NCBI GenBank assembly: GCA_024679065.1
Contig: JAGIQG010000003.1
Location: 46,314,001-46,378,000 of the forward strand
Length of the DNA: 64,000 nucleotides
Source: Sphyrna mokarran
Lineage: Eukaryota
Reading direction: 5' to 3'
The notes beneath the pieces were generated by a model, which saw nothing but the letters and a program-made list of their open reading frames with translations, was not told where the DNA came from and did no database searches. A program made the position numbers and the translations under genes. Shown here one piece after another: positions 62,485 through 64,000 of this stretch (position 1 is its first letter; each line of letters opens with the position of its first letter).

Positions 62485-64000
62485 GACACTTCCAATTATT
62501 TATTATATTGTCCTAAGTTTTGCAGAAATAATGACTGCAAAACTGTTGGTGTTTGTCAATATAACACTACTGAAATTGACAGCAAGTCTGGGAGCCGACA
62601 CATGTGCAAATGAGGCTGAAATCCAGAAGTTGTTTTCAAAGTATTCTTCTCTCCTATTGTGTAACTTCCCAAGCAATTCGGAAATGACAAAAACTTCCAC
62701 TTTTATACTATTTGGCTTGCTGTAAAAACTTCTGATTAAAAAAAAACATTGTTCATGAGAGATGGGTGGGTTTTAAATGGCAAACTAAGTTCATAATTAC
62801 TGTGAAACATCTTCACTGGTCCTGAGAAGTTAATTTATATTTGTGGAGTATCATATTTCTCCATTATGATCAAAAAATATTCCACATATTTTTAATATAT
62901 ATTTTTATAAATTTGGTTTCAATGTTGTAGTTTCTGTCTTAATCTAGAATCACAATCATTTATTGTGCTTTCTGAAAAGTTAAATTCAAAGTGAAGTGAG
63001 TCAGTGCTTTTAATGTCCTGATTTGCTGTCTGACAGAATACTTAATGTGATTGTCTACTTCCCTGCTTGTTAACATCACTGTTGCTGGACATCCTGAGAT
63101 CCCTTCGACTTAAAGTAATATCTAAATTGTATTGGGAAAGGAAAGTTCTGTACCACAGAGATCAACAGATCTTGTGGGCAGCCAGCATTGAGGTCAACAG
63201 TTAGAATGGTTGCATTGTCTGAAGCCGCAAAATCTAGATCAATATCTCTCACTTCACTTTAACCAATCCAGGATTTATCTCCTCTCCAGCATCACTAACT
63301 TCATCCAGCTTCATGTCTCCTTTTCCCACAGCATCTAACTTTATACCTTCATTGAATTAGATTATTGATTTAGCAGCAATTTTGCAGTGAGTTGTGGGCA
63401 GTTTGTGCATTGGATTCACACCCGCCAAGTATTGTGCTGTGAAGTTCTAAACCCACTTCACCCAGAGCTTCAACATCTCTCAACATCAGGAGAAGTGGCA
63501 AGGAAGATTTATTCAGCTTAGAATTGCGTCAACATGCAAATATCTTTCCCATACAAAGTAAGTGCCACAATCCCTCCAACCTGCTCTTTTAATTGCCCCC
63601 AAAATATTATCAGAATTCACAGTTCAAAGAGCAAAGCAACAAAAATCAATCAATAAAACGATACAAAGAGAAAATTTCACTGGGATTCCTCATTACTTCA
63701 GTAATGAAATTACAAAGTAGAGGAATTCAACATTCCCATTAGGTGGGTACACCAATATCCAATGTGCTATTAACCATTTCAGTCAGAATTATTGGACAAA
63801 TCAGTGAGATGCAGACAAGAGCAGTATCTTGTGAGATGAGATTATAACATTTTTGCCCAATTCTGCGACCTATAAATCTGGCCCATGTGGCTACACTCTG
63901 GGAGCACTGCTTCACTGAATTTGCTCTTTTATTTGAAATAGACAATAGCACTATACTGAATTTTTAAAGTAATTTTATTAATTAATTAGAAATGTAGGAA

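Overview
Vertebrate (non-microbial) genomic DNA, almost certainly from an elasmobranch (shark), judged from HE1-type V-SINEs, SacSINE1/DeuSINE-like copies and shark-type CR1, Rex1 and Penelope-like repeats. The only convincing protein-coding gene is the 5' half of the ephrin receptor EPHA4 on the minus strand. Coding exon 1 is 34814-34724 (91 nt), exon 2 is 32763-32696 (68 nt) and exon 3 is 29480-28817 (664 nt). All introns are GT-AG and the joined exons stay in frame. Intron 3 appears to run off the left edge, and about 29 kb of upstream gene desert fills the right side. The rest is decayed transposons and repeat-free, motif-rich blocks that look like enhancers. I see no evidence of a new multi-gene system. 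The most notable non-obvious signals are: (i) four decayed minimal hammerhead-ribozyme motifs inside Penelope-like fragments, two in inverted insertions with clean flanking direct repeats; (ii) a compact GC-box/CRE/E-box/PBX-MEIS promoter module with a uORF; (iii) a 42-bp promoter minisatellite with a 126-bp higher-order duplication and RUNX motifs; (iv) a Krox20-like TGTGGG cluster about 10 kb upstream; (v) a 54-bp inverted, apparently templated insertion. Repeat family names come from remembered consensus sequences, not a database search, and repeat boundaries are approximate.
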